DNA from: Botryllus schlosseri
Taxonomy: Eukaryota
Direction of reading: 5' to 3'
Assembly: GCA_051294905.1 (NCBI GenBank)
Contig: CM119385.1
Span: forward strand, 11,222,001 to 11,286,000
DNA length: 64,000 nt
Shown one piece after another: positions 51,201 through 63,909 of this stretch. The notes under the pieces were generated by a model. It saw only the letters and a list, made by a program, of their open reading frames with translations, was not told the DNA's origin and made no database searches. Position 1 is the first letter of the stretch. The number at the start of each line of letters is the position of its first letter. Position numbers and translations under genes: made by a program.

Positions 51201-54200
51201 AATCCTATTTTGAACTTACGGATCGCGACCGTATATACTATACATATACGTTGGTATAGCGTTTCGAAATAGAATCATGACAACTTCTTATTGTTGAGAT
51301 TTATTTATTCCCTAGAATTTCCATTTTTTAAACCTTAGTTTCTTGATTCAGGAGGAAGGATTTAATCAAACCTTGTCATTCACATTCTGGAAGCGGAGAG
51401 AAAAAATCACGACCATTCACGTCAGCAATGAGAAAAGGAAGTACAATTGGCGATGATGACGAACTGATCATACGGGTGAGCTCAAATCATTAATTAAAGT
51501 TGCTAATTACCACTTACGATGGTAACCAGCACGTGCCAGTTCAACATTTACTTGCATAATCCGCACTCTCGATCAATGAAGACGGAAACCTCGGTAATAT
51601 ACCTGAAACTGAAGACCAGAGGTGGTCAGTGACGAAGTACTTCTACTTGTTCGAAGTAGTCAAGTAGTACTTACAGTACTTACTCAACTTCTGATTCGTA
51701 ATAATTTATGATTTACTTTCTTACTTTTCGCTATTTAGAATTTGTCAAGTAGAGGTATTATATTCCTCCAATTAGAGAGAGAGACTGAGGAATTTCGGGC
51801 TGTTTCCACGGAGTCATAACAATAATCTAATTTTCACGAAAGTAGCTTTCTTGATTACTTTGATCACATCTGTTGAAGGCCTGTCGCGACACTGATAACT
51901 CTTATGCAGTAGGCTACGTCACCCTGCCGTTACGAGGGAATTCGTGGAGTTCTTTTATACCATCCTTGGTCGCCTAAGACAATTATTTAGAAAAATTGAC
52001 AATACAACGGCATCTCTCAATCAATGACCACTAGGTATACGCAGGAGAGCGATTGAGCTTATTATTCACAAGCGTATGCTCACATGGGGAGTCCTGCACA
52101 ATTTTTCATACGGAAAAATACAGTAGTTTATCTAACTTACTAAGGTTTCACACCAGCGTATATACTGTCCCGTCCACATGAATACATGTTAGAGAGTAAA
52201 ATATATTTCAGGAAAATGAGAGGGACGATGTTACGACGCCGCTTCAACTGGGAGAAGGTTTCGAACATATGTCACGAAGGATGCGACGGAGAGCTCGTGT
52301 TAACCGCGCGAATTCCGACCCGGGATTCTCCAAAAGCATGGAAGAGGAACTATTTAGAAATAGACCGGTATCCGCGAGATTCGAATCTCCGGACGCGAAT
52401 AAAACTGAAGCAACGGCTGTTGAGCAGACTCGAATAGACAGCTTCTTGCATCCCCAAAGTGGCGCCGCGCAACGCAGAAGCAGGCCGATTAATTTGGAAG
52501 AAGAAGAAGATGCGGCTAACAAGCGCCGGAACGATGATATACGCGAAAGGATTCGACGCTACAAAGAAAATAGCGCCTTGGAGGAAAGTCGAAAACGAGG
52601 CGGTAAGTGGAAAGTTCTGAAATCAATTTTGGTATTAATTGAGATAAGAATCTCCCAGCTTTGGGCTCAACTTTCCAAAATGCTTACCGAAATTAAAAAT
52701 TGAGGAATGTTTATTACACGAGATCTTCGTCTAAAGGAAACGTCTACTTACCCCAACCCAATAGCAACCTAACTAAGAGATCTATCGACTACTCGGGACC
52801 TATCATCTGGAATGCATTACCATCACATATCCGTGAATTGCCTTATAATAGATTCAAAAAAGCCCTACTTGATCACATCTTGTCGTTACACTAACACTGT
52901 TGCCCTACCTCGCCCAGACATTGCGTCATTGATCATTTGCTACCATTGTTTAATTTTTTTTTCTATTTTCCTTTCTTAACTAAACATTTTTTTACAGCCA
53001 GACTGTTCTGAGTCAAGTGTACCTGTTTGATGCTGGTGTGATCAGACTTGATGACCTTCACGGTCTTATCGATCATTCCTATCTAATACCGAATACCGTG
53101 CACGCATATTTTCTGCACCACCATCACTGCCGTTTGTTATGTATTTTGGTTCGATGAAAATAAAGACTCTCTCTCTCTCTCTCTGTCGCGAGCCGGATAT
53201 GCGTGATGAAAGAAGGCGACTCTGTTTTCAGACCCGATCATGACCTACCGGGACCTAGAATAGTTATCAAGAGCTAGCATCACCACCATTCTTGACATCA
53301 ATCGTATTTCAATTCAGCTGTATTGCTCTTGATTCACAGACAACTCAAATAAGGATAATTAGATTGTTCCGAAAATACAACGATACATTATCTATATCCT
53401 AATCATTTATATTTGACATGCGTATAGTGAAATCCATCGACATTATAACCGCATAAATTGCATCGGGCTTGTCCGAAAAAATATATTAGTAAAGCGAAAT
53501 AGTAATTTATCGTCATAAATAAATTGCTTCCCTCGTGTTCAGATAACACCGACAGACAGTCGGATGAAGCTGGAGTTAGCACCGGAAGAGTATTCCGTCG
53601 TACCAGAAGATCCAGGTGGTCTACAATAGATGTGGGAAAAAATTGGACCGCTGCTTCCCCAACATTGATTTTGGAGGATATGGAGAATGATTCAGTAAAT
53701 TCTTCCCGTCCAACGGCGAGCGACCCAAAATCACCGCCTACTTCAAATTCTCCCCACCAAACTAACAATACAATCGCCAACATAACAACAACACCACTAC
53801 CCTCAACGGATACAACACCTGCGTCAAACCAGCTAGTAGACAAAACACACGAAAACACACCAGGCGGGGAGACAACACACAATAAATTACCGCCCGAAAA
53901 ACTAACTTTTGCGCGAGACGACCCAAGCAAAAAATCTACGACGGATTCATTTTCGCTCAAGGCCGAAGAAGCTTTGGAAGATATACATGACGTAAACACC
54001 TCTGTTGATGACGTTAAGGGTGCAGAAACTAAAGCGAAGTCTGTACCAAAGATTGTTATTGACTTGCATGTGGATGAAAACCCCGACGCGCTGATCTGTG
54101 ACGATCTCACAGTTTCTAAGCATGAACCCATTGAACCCCCTTCTGCAGCTTCCACTGCAACAACTATTGTAGATGAAGGCGTGGAAAACCAGCAGCCCAA

Positions 54201-56613
54201 AATATCCGATTCCGTACCATCAAATGCGTCGAACTCGAAAGATAACAAAGTCATCAAAACAGCTAAGAATTCATCAGTCACATCGAATGAAAAGAAACGT
54301 TTATCTGGTACTGTTGCTACGAGAAGAAAGCCGATATCAGGGATGAGGGCAGCTGTTTCAGATCCTAATATTTTCGAAAAGACGCTAAAAATTCGCAAAA
54401 CTGTCAACGCACAAACGAAATCTCTCAAAACGTCAACCGATTCGGAGAAAGTCACTACGAAATCAGTGCGGCGCGCGGAAAACGTAGAATTGAGAAAACA
54501 TAACGAAAATGTAAGAAAACCTAGACCAGCTAGTACAGTTCCAACATCTTACATGCGAAGTCGTGGCATCCAGAACGAGAGAGAGAGAAAACAACCACCT
54601 TCGTCCTTCTCCAGCAGAGTGAAGAGCAGAGTTTCTCACGCGTACTCTGATCCCAATATATTTGCAACATCAACCGGCACGAAATCGAAGGACCCACCTT
54701 TGCGGTTGTATAGAACGAGTAGCAGACAAAGCGTAACAAATTCAACCACTTCCAAAACCCCAGCTCTTCTCGGCACTAATCGTACCCGGGTTCAGGATGC
54801 CAAAACGTCAGCATCCCTCAGATCTCAATCGGCCGTTCTATCGAAAACCAAGCATTCGTCCAAAGTCGTCACAGGTATAAGTGGCGTGAGACAGCCAAAG
54901 TCTGACGATAACAGCGGAATGAAGACTATCAAGACGCAAGCGAAGGAAGCTACGCCGAAATCGTCAAATACCGGATTGCAGGGAGCTGCAACGAAGTCCA
55001 CACCGAATATGTCAAGGAGAACTGTTTTGCTGTCTAAATCCACGTCCAAAATAGGTGACGGGGTATCAAGAAGGCGATCCGGAAGTCAAAATTCGTCCGC
55101 TAGTTCGGAAAATGATGGAATCACTTCCAATAGAGATATCACTAGAACGGTTAGATTACGTGAAGCCCATCGACTCAATGTAGCAAAACCGAAGGAGGAC
55201 AGTTTCAAGCGCCGGTCGGTATCGTCAGCACGCGAAATATACAGACCTTGGTCGGCTCATTCCGAGAGAGTGACCCACTCTAAAGTGATCAGTACATCTC
55301 GCGGACGCACAGCGAGTCAGAATTCATCAAGCAGTTCCGAAAATGTCGTCGTATCCACGAGAAAGGCGAATAAAGCACCGGAAAAGGCAAAGCCGGAAGT
55401 GCGTCGTACAAGACTGGACAAACCCCAGGACGAAGCAATCAAGCGAAGGTCAATCTCATCCAACCGTGAAGTCTCTCGACCTCGCTCTGCTCACGCAATT
55501 TATTCTTCCGCTAGCAAACCACCACTACAGCCGAACAGTAAACTATCGACCACCACTTCTGGTGAAATTTCTACAAACAAGCCAGAAAACAAGCAATCCA
55601 CGAAGTCCAATACAGTACAGCATGATAAACTATCGCCTAACAAATTGAAATCGGGCAGTGAAACGCCGAATACTATCAGAAGAGCAGTAGGGAAACGCGC
55701 CCCGAATAATAACGCCAGTAGCAGCGTGCAGGTTACGGTGAGACATGGCTCTAAAGTAACTTTGGAAATTACACCAAAATCGAGCGAGAAAGTTGTAAAA
55801 TGGGTCAAAGTAGGAACATCGGATAAGGAGAAAGAGATTCACATATCTTCACCAACTGGCAGGCCGCAATCGGTTGGTGATGGTCTGCAGAGCTTAACGC
55901 CGGGGCACGAACCTGATACAACTGACGGAAAAGGCGTCGGTGTACCTTCCCAACCCAATACATCCCCGAAAACAGACATCGGAAATGAACCCTTTCAAAG
56001 AGGCGCTGTAACGAGGAGAACATACCACGGACCATCACAAAGCCTTATGGCTCCACTGCGAAAGGGCGCTCGTGCGGCGTCTAACGAAAAAAGTCCCGTA
56101 ACTTTCAAGACATCTAGTGACCGTGGTCACAGAAATCCCAAAACTTCAACGCCGGTAACCAGCTCGCGAGACATCAACAGGAATGTAGTACGCAGTGATT
56201 CAAGTGAATTGACTAAAAGGATGGCAGGCGAACGTAACCTATCTTCTATTAGTCAAGAACAAAAAACAGTCGGCTTTCGCAGAAACGTCGCAAACCCGGT
56301 GTCGCGACTGAAACGAAGTGAAAGTGTGCGACCCTCGAGTCCGAGTTCATCTGCGGGCACGCTCAACAGATCGTCCAGCGTACGGGTGGCTACGGCAAAC
56401 TTTGATAGAACGTCAGCGAAGTCCACACCGTCCCGGACACCCACGAAAAATGCTGGACCGTCGCCAGTCGTGAAACAATCATCAGACAATCCTAAAAAGG
56501 GTGAAAGTCCGGCAGGTCCGAACTGCGGAAAAACCGAAACCACACCAACCTCCGGGAGAAGCACGCCTATTACCCGCACCGTAATGTTGCGGAAACTGAA
56601 GAAGGGTAGTTGA
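45232..56613 (+). CDS. FHDC1: FH2 domain-containing protein 1 / inverted formin INF1-like, ~1626 aa, 10 exons
   Basis: Phase-consistent exons 45232-45377 (FH1: APPPPPPPPLAPPPPPPPPPPP), 46093-46315, 46902-46963 (VTLLDAKQSMNTNIFLRQFK), 47598-47716, 47862-48035, 48208-48581 (LETGNFLNQG, GFSLNSLKTLFETKAN), 50945-51141, 51352-51475, 52212-52602, 53543-56613 (basic S/T/K/R-rich tail). FH1-FH2 at the N-terminus with a long basic tail is the FHDC1 layout. The ATG at 45232 may not be the true start. Confidence 0.82.
50629..50796. mobile_element. 168-bp MITE with ~40-bp imperfect TIRs (piggyBac-like CCCCTT termini, tentative)
   Basis: CCCCTTCCAAAGGGTGAAAATGAGGAAAACACACCAATC vs GATTGGCGTGTTTGAGTCATTTTCAGCCTTTGAAAGGGG; no clean TTAA TSD. 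Confidence 0.55.
51617..51872. mobile_element. 256-bp Tol2-like hAT element
   Basis: Ends CAGAGGTGGTCA / TGATCACATCTG; flanks CTGAAGAC / TTGAAGGC (6/8 TSD). Confidence 0.75.
52700..53184 (+). mobile_element. 5'-truncated L2/CR1-type LINE 3' end (family B) with (CT)n tail
   Basis: Encodes YYTRSSSKGNVYLPQPNSNLTKRSIDYSGPIIWNALPSHIRELPYNRFKKALLDHIL*, then a 3'UTR, AATAAA and (CT)9. Confidence 0.8.
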
Positions 56614-57171
56614 TGGCCTGGCGATCGGGCTTACTCTATACCTAATTTCATCTCGCTTCTGTTCGAACGGCGCGGCAATAATGACTGTGGACCGGCATAT
56701 GTGGGTGCTGATTATGCTACGATTAATATTTTTCAAAATCTTTATTTTTTCATTTGTTGCAACACGTAACTTCAATGCAGTTTCGGGTGTAATGCTTCTG
56801 TATTTAGACAGCGAATGTAGTCTATTATAAGACTTACAACTCATTGGAGGTGGTCGCGGAGACCATGCGCTTAGCATTAACGTCAGTGCATCACTTTGAC
56901 GTTCGCAGACTTGTGTACGATCGCGCGACTATGCCCCGCACAAATTATGGGGTCCTGGATCCACACACACAGAAGACTTCATCGTCAAAATAAAGTCGAC
57001 CAGGCAAGTGGAGCAAAAGTCCTCCCTCAGTTGCTAATAAATATATTATCGCATCATATTCCAAACATATACCAAATATAATGAATTCACAGATTCGATA
57101 CCAATCGATATACAGGAGTCAGAATAAATACCGGTCTGTATGCTACTCAAAGAGTCAGTAGGCCTATTACC

Positions 57172-57487
57172 TAGGGTTACCATACGTTCTCGTTTGGGAG
57201 GATTTGTCCTCCTTTTTCAGGTTTTTGAAAATGTTCTCCGAGGACGCCTAAATGTCCTCCTTTTCGGGAATTCGTCCTCCTTTACAGCTTTTAGAGCCAA
57301 GAAATGGGCATAAATAACGCTAAATAGGAGATTCGTGGTTCGAACGAAAGTGACGACTTTTCCTTTAGTCAACCAACCACAAAGTCGGGAAAATTTACCA
57401 TTTTTTACGAATTTTACTCCGCAATTCTAAATCTGAAAAATTTGAAAAAGTGTCCTCATTTCCCGATTCCAAAATCTGGTAACCCTA
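57172..57487. mobile_element. 316-bp hAT-like MITE
   Basis: TIR TAGGGTTACCA / TGGTAACCCTA with GTCCTC(C) subterminal repeats; TSD not convincing; a lone similar right end lies near 59790-59820. Confidence 0.7.
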
Positions 57488-58367
57488 CTACACGGTATTC
57501 GTCATGTGATGTTATAACTTATAACATATACGCACTAAACTGGCTGACACACATTTGAGCATGCGACATAATGAAACGCCAGTTGAGCATGCGACACTTT
57601 AGGAGAGGGCCAAATGGTGACGTAAAATATTGTTACTGATATTATTCTGTTAACTTTGCTATACTCAATTCTCGTTGGTAACATAACGTTGCGTTGCAAA
57701 GCCTACGTTTTAACGGCATTTCGAGCAAGTTAGATAATAATAATAAGAAATGTGATTGGTTATGGTTATGTTTGTAATAAGAATTTGTAATTGGGTTGTC
57801 ACATCGAAGGGAGTTCAATTGTCGCCGACGATCAGGAAGACAATGTGTATTCTGAAACTGGGTTGTAATAAAGGCGTCGCAATCCGAGATTCGCGAGTGA
57901 TTTTGGTTGCTGGCGGGGCAACAACGGGTTTTTGCATGTTTTTGCAATTATGCATTCTACGCGCCGCACCCGACGGGTTAGCATTAGATTAACTGATCAC
58001 ACCTCTAAATAACGAGAAGCTGTTGCGTTTGTATTATTATAGATAAACAAACATTATTATATTGCACTGATAAATTAATAAGTGCTAAATTAACTTTTTT
58101 ATCAAAGAGCCAAATGAGCCATATGGCTCGCTAGCCATAAGTTCCTAACCCCTGATGTATAGATACATCTCGGTTGTACGATCAACATTACTCTTCTCCA
58201 AAATCGTACTCGTTTATTACGAACGAAGAGATCACAAACAGCATAAGCACGAAAATATTCGTGTGATAGTTCATTAACAATTTGTCACAAGTATAGCATG
58301 AGGTATACTGCAAATTCTATTTAAAAGTGTACCGCGGGATAAACAGGACAATCCTGCACAGATCATG

Positions 58368-61300
58368 TTACACTTTCTCGTATTGCTTATGCCAGGGTTG
58401 GTGCCATTCGGGATGAATCTGAAAGTCATGATGGTATTTCTGTCCGGCTTTAGCGAACATGCTCGAGTAGTCCGTGATGTGAAAGTGAGGGCCAGCGTTT
58501 GGTATCGGTTGCTTTTTGGCATTTTTCAACGCTTCAATGAGGCGGGCGACCACATCGTTTTCTGAAAAGATATAGTTTGTGAGTTTTAGGAAAATGAAAA
58601 AGTACTTTTCGATATGTTAGGACACATTCGCACTAATCTCACGTATCGATGCGTCCCTCGGCGGTTTGCGTTGCTTCATACACAATTTACATTTTAGGCT
58701 TCGCAAGCGGGGTGACATATTTGCTGGTTAGCCACGGCATAAAAAACACGCGTGATCCAGCACTGAGGGATGGGAGTAACACAGGAGCTCATAAACTTTT
58801 TATACAGCAATACTTGAAATACGCTATATAAAACTCAATATGTTTCGCGTGAATTTCCTTTGTTTTGTCATTCTATCGTAAATTCGTCAACTGTGGAATT
58901 CAAATATAACGTGTTGCTGTAATTATCATGTAATTAATGGTGAGCCTCGATAATCCACATTGCATACCGCTATAGAACAACCGACGGAAGCCACCTTGCC
59001 GAGTCCTCTACTCCGCCAAATCGATTAAGTATGCTATACTGATTCAAAAGCGGGAATCGAATATCAAACCTTCGCTCAAATGGAACTGAAACTGTGTTGA
59101 GCACGACGTGCATGAGTTTGAGTTGGAGAAGGTCCCTTGTTTACAGGCCTCAGTGCAGTACGGTTGTTCAAAAAGAGCTTTTTTCCGGATCCCAGTGATT
59201 CACTGATCAAATTGTTAGGTTGCCTCAAAAACGCTGAGCTCAATTCCTACCAGTAGAAGCCGACGCAGAGCCAATTGAAAATTTTGAATTTATTTAAAAA
59301 AAAATATAAATAACATTTTCAAATTTTACAGTCAACCCCATAAAATTGTTTAGTTGCCTAAAAAAAACGACGAAAAACAATTTTCGCTCAATTCCAACCA
59401 GCAGAAACGAAGTTATTGCAATTGAAAGCTTTAAATTTGTTTTGCGTCGTTATCGTAGACAGCTAAACAATTTCATGAGGTTTACAGTCAAATTTGAAAA
59501 AAAAAATAAGCCAAATTTGGTGTGCAGCATTTTTGCAGGCAACCCAACAATTTAATCAGTTAATCCCCGGGATCCGGAAAAAAAGTGATTTTTGAAGAAC
59601 CCTATTCTGCAGTCTGCAGCCATTATGTTGCTATATTTGCTGTTGTGCAGACCAAAACAAAATCAACTCAACTTAACTAAGCTACGTAAGTTAAGGAAAT
59701 TAGCCAATTTGACAACTAACCTAACTGCAATTGATATGATTTCATAACGTAACAATAGAAGCAAAAACAGAAATGTGGAAAGTGTCCACTTTTCCGCGTC
59801 TCAAAATATGGTAACCATAGTATTATGCTAACTTCGAAAACGTGACAAATATATTGACCATGAAATAAAACACTAAGAATTTTATTCGTATTTCATGGAC
59901 ACAATAAACAATAAGCATGGACCCCAGTTTAAGAGCGCCTGGTCCCACGCAAGCAATATGTAAAGTACGTCACATAACACACCTTCGTGACCGGCTCTCT
60001 TCAGCCACCTGTTGGACGCGAAAACTCCATTTTGATGTCTGTCAGACGCAAGTTTCCGACTGGTGATGGGTCGGTCTGTTTTAATCTCATTGGGCTCGGA
60101 TATTTCGTCAATAGCGTCCTTGATTCGTTTTGCATCTGAATGCAAACCACAAATATTTTATGTGCGGCGTTATAGTCCACGGCAGTGTAGGTAGCCATAG
60201 GGGGCAAAACGGTACACACTAGTGCGGAGCGGATCGACAAATTCTCTGGTCCGGCTCCGGCCGTATCAGGAAAAGTACTGATCCGGCTCCAATCCGGTCC
60301 GGCCAAAAATAAAAAAGTCCGGCCAGAAATCCGGCCCTACTCGGTACGGAGGTTCCGCGAATTGATAAATATGCCTTGTTTATGTTCACACTGGCTTGGA
60401 GGTTACTTACATGTGGTTGGTTGGTAGTTATATAGTTATAAAAGTCATGCTTATCCATAAAGATTTTCCAAAAAGTAGTGATCCGGCTCCGATCCGGTCC
60501 GGCCAAAATTGTAAAAATCCGGCCGGATATCCAGTCCGGCTCCGGTCCATGCTCCGCACTAGTACACACTCCCCGCGACAGTTAGGTTTTTGTATATAGC
60601 ATGTGTTGATGTATAGCATAATTCTAGATCCTCACGTTCACGAATAACCTACATCCGAAAATTGATGCAGATCGAAGGATATACTGTCTATCTACGGTAC
60701 CGCGTACCCGCAGCCTGCCACCAGCCGTAATATGGTGATTGTACGCTGCGTACCTCGTTTGGTGCTAACTTTCATCCACGCTTCCGTTGCTTGAGCAGCT
60801 CTCGGATCCATGATTCGCCTCAAGTTCTCGCGGTCCTTGTGATCTCTGACGGATCTCGACGTGCTTGGCCGCCTCTGCGGGTGATACGCTCGGAGACGTT
60901 GAGCCCCGCGAATTTGGAGTTCATGACTTGACTCTGAGTAAAACGCAACACTGTATTAGTATCATGTACCGCTCAACAAAATTCTACTGCGGGTATGGGG
61001 TGTTACGTTTTTTTTAAAATCTTTAAACAAATCACGAATACATCACAGCACAATACAGTTGTTTATAAGTGGCCAAAGTAGTCAGCGTTGCTACTCAAGT
61101 AGAAGTAGAACTAACACCGCAAATTTCAGCTGGTGGCTACTTCCTTTACGACTAACAAAAAATGACTAATGACTCTACGAATAGGTACAATCTTCGAAAA
61201 TATATTCAGCGGTTGTTATATCGATTTTGCATATAAAAGTGATACGACCTTATCCTAAAACTAATTTATACCTTTTCAAAATCCATAGCGTGAAAAGTAA

Positions 61301-63909
61301 ATAGTTTTGTCAGAACTGTCCAATTATAAGTGGAAGTGGTCAAAAAACACGATCACTTGAGTAAGTACTGCAAGAACGGTACGCAAAATCTGCTTCGAAA
61401 AACTAGAATCGTCACTGACCGGTGACCACCTCTGTACTCAACCATCAGAAAAGAGTGAACTGTACACGAGAGCTGTTTAAAAATTCCTTTTTTTTTCAAA
61501 TTTTACTGGCTTCTTGATGAAATTGCTAGGTTACCTAAAAAGAAACGCAGCACGCCAATTTTGGCTCAATTCCAACCAATAGTGGCATTGCTACTGCAAG
61601 AGAAAAAGTTTTTGATTTACTTCATAAAATTTTATATAATTTTTTTGCATATTTCACTGGCTACACCATGAAAATTTTAGATGGTCTGGAAAAACGATGC
61701 ACAAGAAATTTGACTCAATAATTCGAACAAGTAGTAACAAAATTATTGATTCTCAGACCTATAATAAATAATTAAAGAATTTGCCACCGTACATACAATT
61801 TTATCAAATCCAAAATTTTGTACCGGCATTCCAATACCTTTTCCTGTACTGGTTGGAATCAAGCCGGATTTGTTGTGTACCGTTATTTCGGACAACCTAA
61901 CAATTTCATGGGGTAGCCAATAAAATTTGAAAAAATTATACTTATTTTTATTGAATAAATCCAAAACTTTTTTCTCTCATAGCAATGCCTCAATAGGTTT
62001 TAATTGCACAAAAATTGGCGGTAACCTAACAATTATATCATGAAGCCCGTATAACTTGAAAATAACAGTCATTTTTTAACAGACCTACTGTACACAGTAT
62101 AGTGGGAGAACGCGGTAGACACGGTACATAAATACGAAAGCAAGACGCACGAGGAAATAATGATTTAGAATGGTTGCCGGTATTAGTCCTAAAAAACTAT
62201 ACTAAAACAAGAACCGCGAATAGCAGACTACCGGTACTTACTTGCACGATTTATGGCCTCCCGTTTTGCTGCGGACCTGTCGAAGCAGCCGTCTACTTTC
62301 TTCAATCTTGTAACCAAAAACACGCTGGAAAATAAACATCCTAGATGTGAACTGAGCAGGAGTCTCAATGTCAATATTTGATATTTACATATTTAGGTAT
62401 TATGACATCAGTTGTGTAAGTTTATAGCCTTTTCGTCGGTACGCGGACTTACTCTGGTGGATGGGGTTTGTTCATTCGTTCTGGGGATGACGGCCTGACC
62501 CTTATCGAAGTGGGCTCATCCAAGTCTTTATGAGCGTGTAATCCGCTGTATGTCGTAACGGAAGAGTGGTTTCGTTGGATTTCCGCATGCCATCCTGCCC
62601 TGGCTTCTTTCTATAACATTTTTGATCGATAGTCTGATATTGCGAAATAAGTGGGTAGGACTATATAATTTGAAATATTTTCACTAAACGACCGCCGTTG
62701 TTGGCTACAATAACATTTTACATCATATCGTCGATATACTTCAAAATTGGTGAATCAACTTGACCAAATTACATTTTTGCACAGTTTCTACGTTAATCGA
62801 TGGAAATCTTTGCTCGAGTTGGATAGAGACAATTAGTGAATTGAGATCTATAGCTCGATAATAGTTACAAATCATTTCGATACCATTTCGAGTATTTTAT
62901 TGTAGTAGGAATTGTGAGCTATCGGAAATCGGAATTTCATGGACGCTATTGTGACGTCACTTAACACTATAAAGTAAAAAATAATAACTTACTTTTATCC
63001 GTTCTCTTTCTGCGGAGTCAAGCGGATTTACCATATTCCTTAGCGATGGGAATGGCGGTGCCGATCTCACCCTCAATGCGTTTGACTGATGACTTTTATA
63101 TGCCATGATTATATATTGTATTATACGCTACATCCACTACATCAATATTAATGTTGTTTACCGTAAATCTAAAAACCAGACTCGTAACGCGTGTAGATAT
63201 AAAGCGTTCCTTGTTTATGGTTGACCTACCGATCGCTAGCGACAGAATGAAGATACATCTCCAAGAATAGATCGATATCAAGTAACAATCTTTTGACAAC
63301 GACGAGCCTCTCAATATACCGCTATATCGACAGAGCCTACGGATTAACAAAGGCAAATATGCTGAAGTATACCACACGAACCTCTGTGAAGGCTATTACG
63401 GCCGTGACGACAATCAGACAATGGGCCATTCAGTCTCTCCTTAGCCAATATTCAGTAGGTATCGAATCGACTGACCGGACATATAAACGGGTGTGCAGAC
63501 AAGATGCAATGACATAGCTGTGACTAGCTGAGTCATACTGGTACAAGTATTGAAACTAAATTATCGACCGAGACGTAGGCCTATATAGCTACTGTTACTA
63601 TATTACCAAATCAAAAGACAATGCGAAATAGGGAATAGATTCTTCATCAGAGTAGACGAAAAAAACTTCAATTAAAAATGCATAGGCGTTTGCGATCTAG
63701 AAACGAATGAAAGCGAACGCCTGCCGTCTACTGATTAAGGTATAGTAGGCCTACTGCTTCATGTCCTCCGTATTTGATTAAAGACACTGTTGTCAATTGA
63801 TACCAGCATTAGATGGTGGTCGGTGTTTGCTGTTTGGCACCCAATCCAGACTAACCGGGTTAAGAGATCTCGATTTAGGTAAAGTATTCCATCCGCCCAT
63901 TGCCTGCAT
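58368..63909 (-). CDS. Uncharacterised 304-aa basic protein, 7 exons
   Basis: Phase-consistent GT-AG exons 63856-63909 (ATG after an in-frame TAG), 62993-63085, 62453-62610, 62242-62324, 60754-60933, 59983-60135, 58368-58561 (915 nt incl. stop). Peptide runs MQAMGGWNTLPKSR...RVRPSSPERMNKPHPPDVFLVTRLKK...KYHHDFQIHPEWHQPWHKQYEKV*. The first exon is the least certain. Confidence 0.75.
59159..59604. mobile_element. Long-TIR hAT-like MITE
   Basis: Ends TACGGTTGTTCAAAAA / TTTTTGAAGAACCCTA, internal AAATTG..AGGTTG..AAAACG..CTCAATTCC repeats; flanks CAGTGCAG / TTCTGCAG (5/8). Confidence 0.65.
60220..60561. mobile_element. 342-bp hAT MITE
   Basis: TIR TAGTGCGGAGC / GCTCCGCACTA, many TCCGG subterminal repeats, perfect TSD GTACACAC. 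Confidence 0.9.
61064..61434. mobile_element. Tol2-like hAT element (degenerate)
   Basis: Left TATAAGTGGCCAAAGTA, right TGACCACCTCTG, CTACTCAAGTAGAAGTAG repeats; no TSD match. Confidence 0.5.
61468..62087. mobile_element. 620-bp long-TIR hAT element
   Basis: Ends GAGAGCTGTTTAAAAA / TTTTTTAACAGACCTA; perfect 8-bp TSD CTGTACAC, which points to hAT for this whole family. Confidence 0.8.

Noticed and set aside
53403-54455. 350-aa antisense ORF over the formin last exon (also 23987-24460, 20802-21234, 55500-56579)
   Set aside because: In this offset a minus-strand stop needs a Tyr, His or Gln codon on the plus strand. These are scarce in S/T/P/K-rich tails, so long shadow ORFs are expected.
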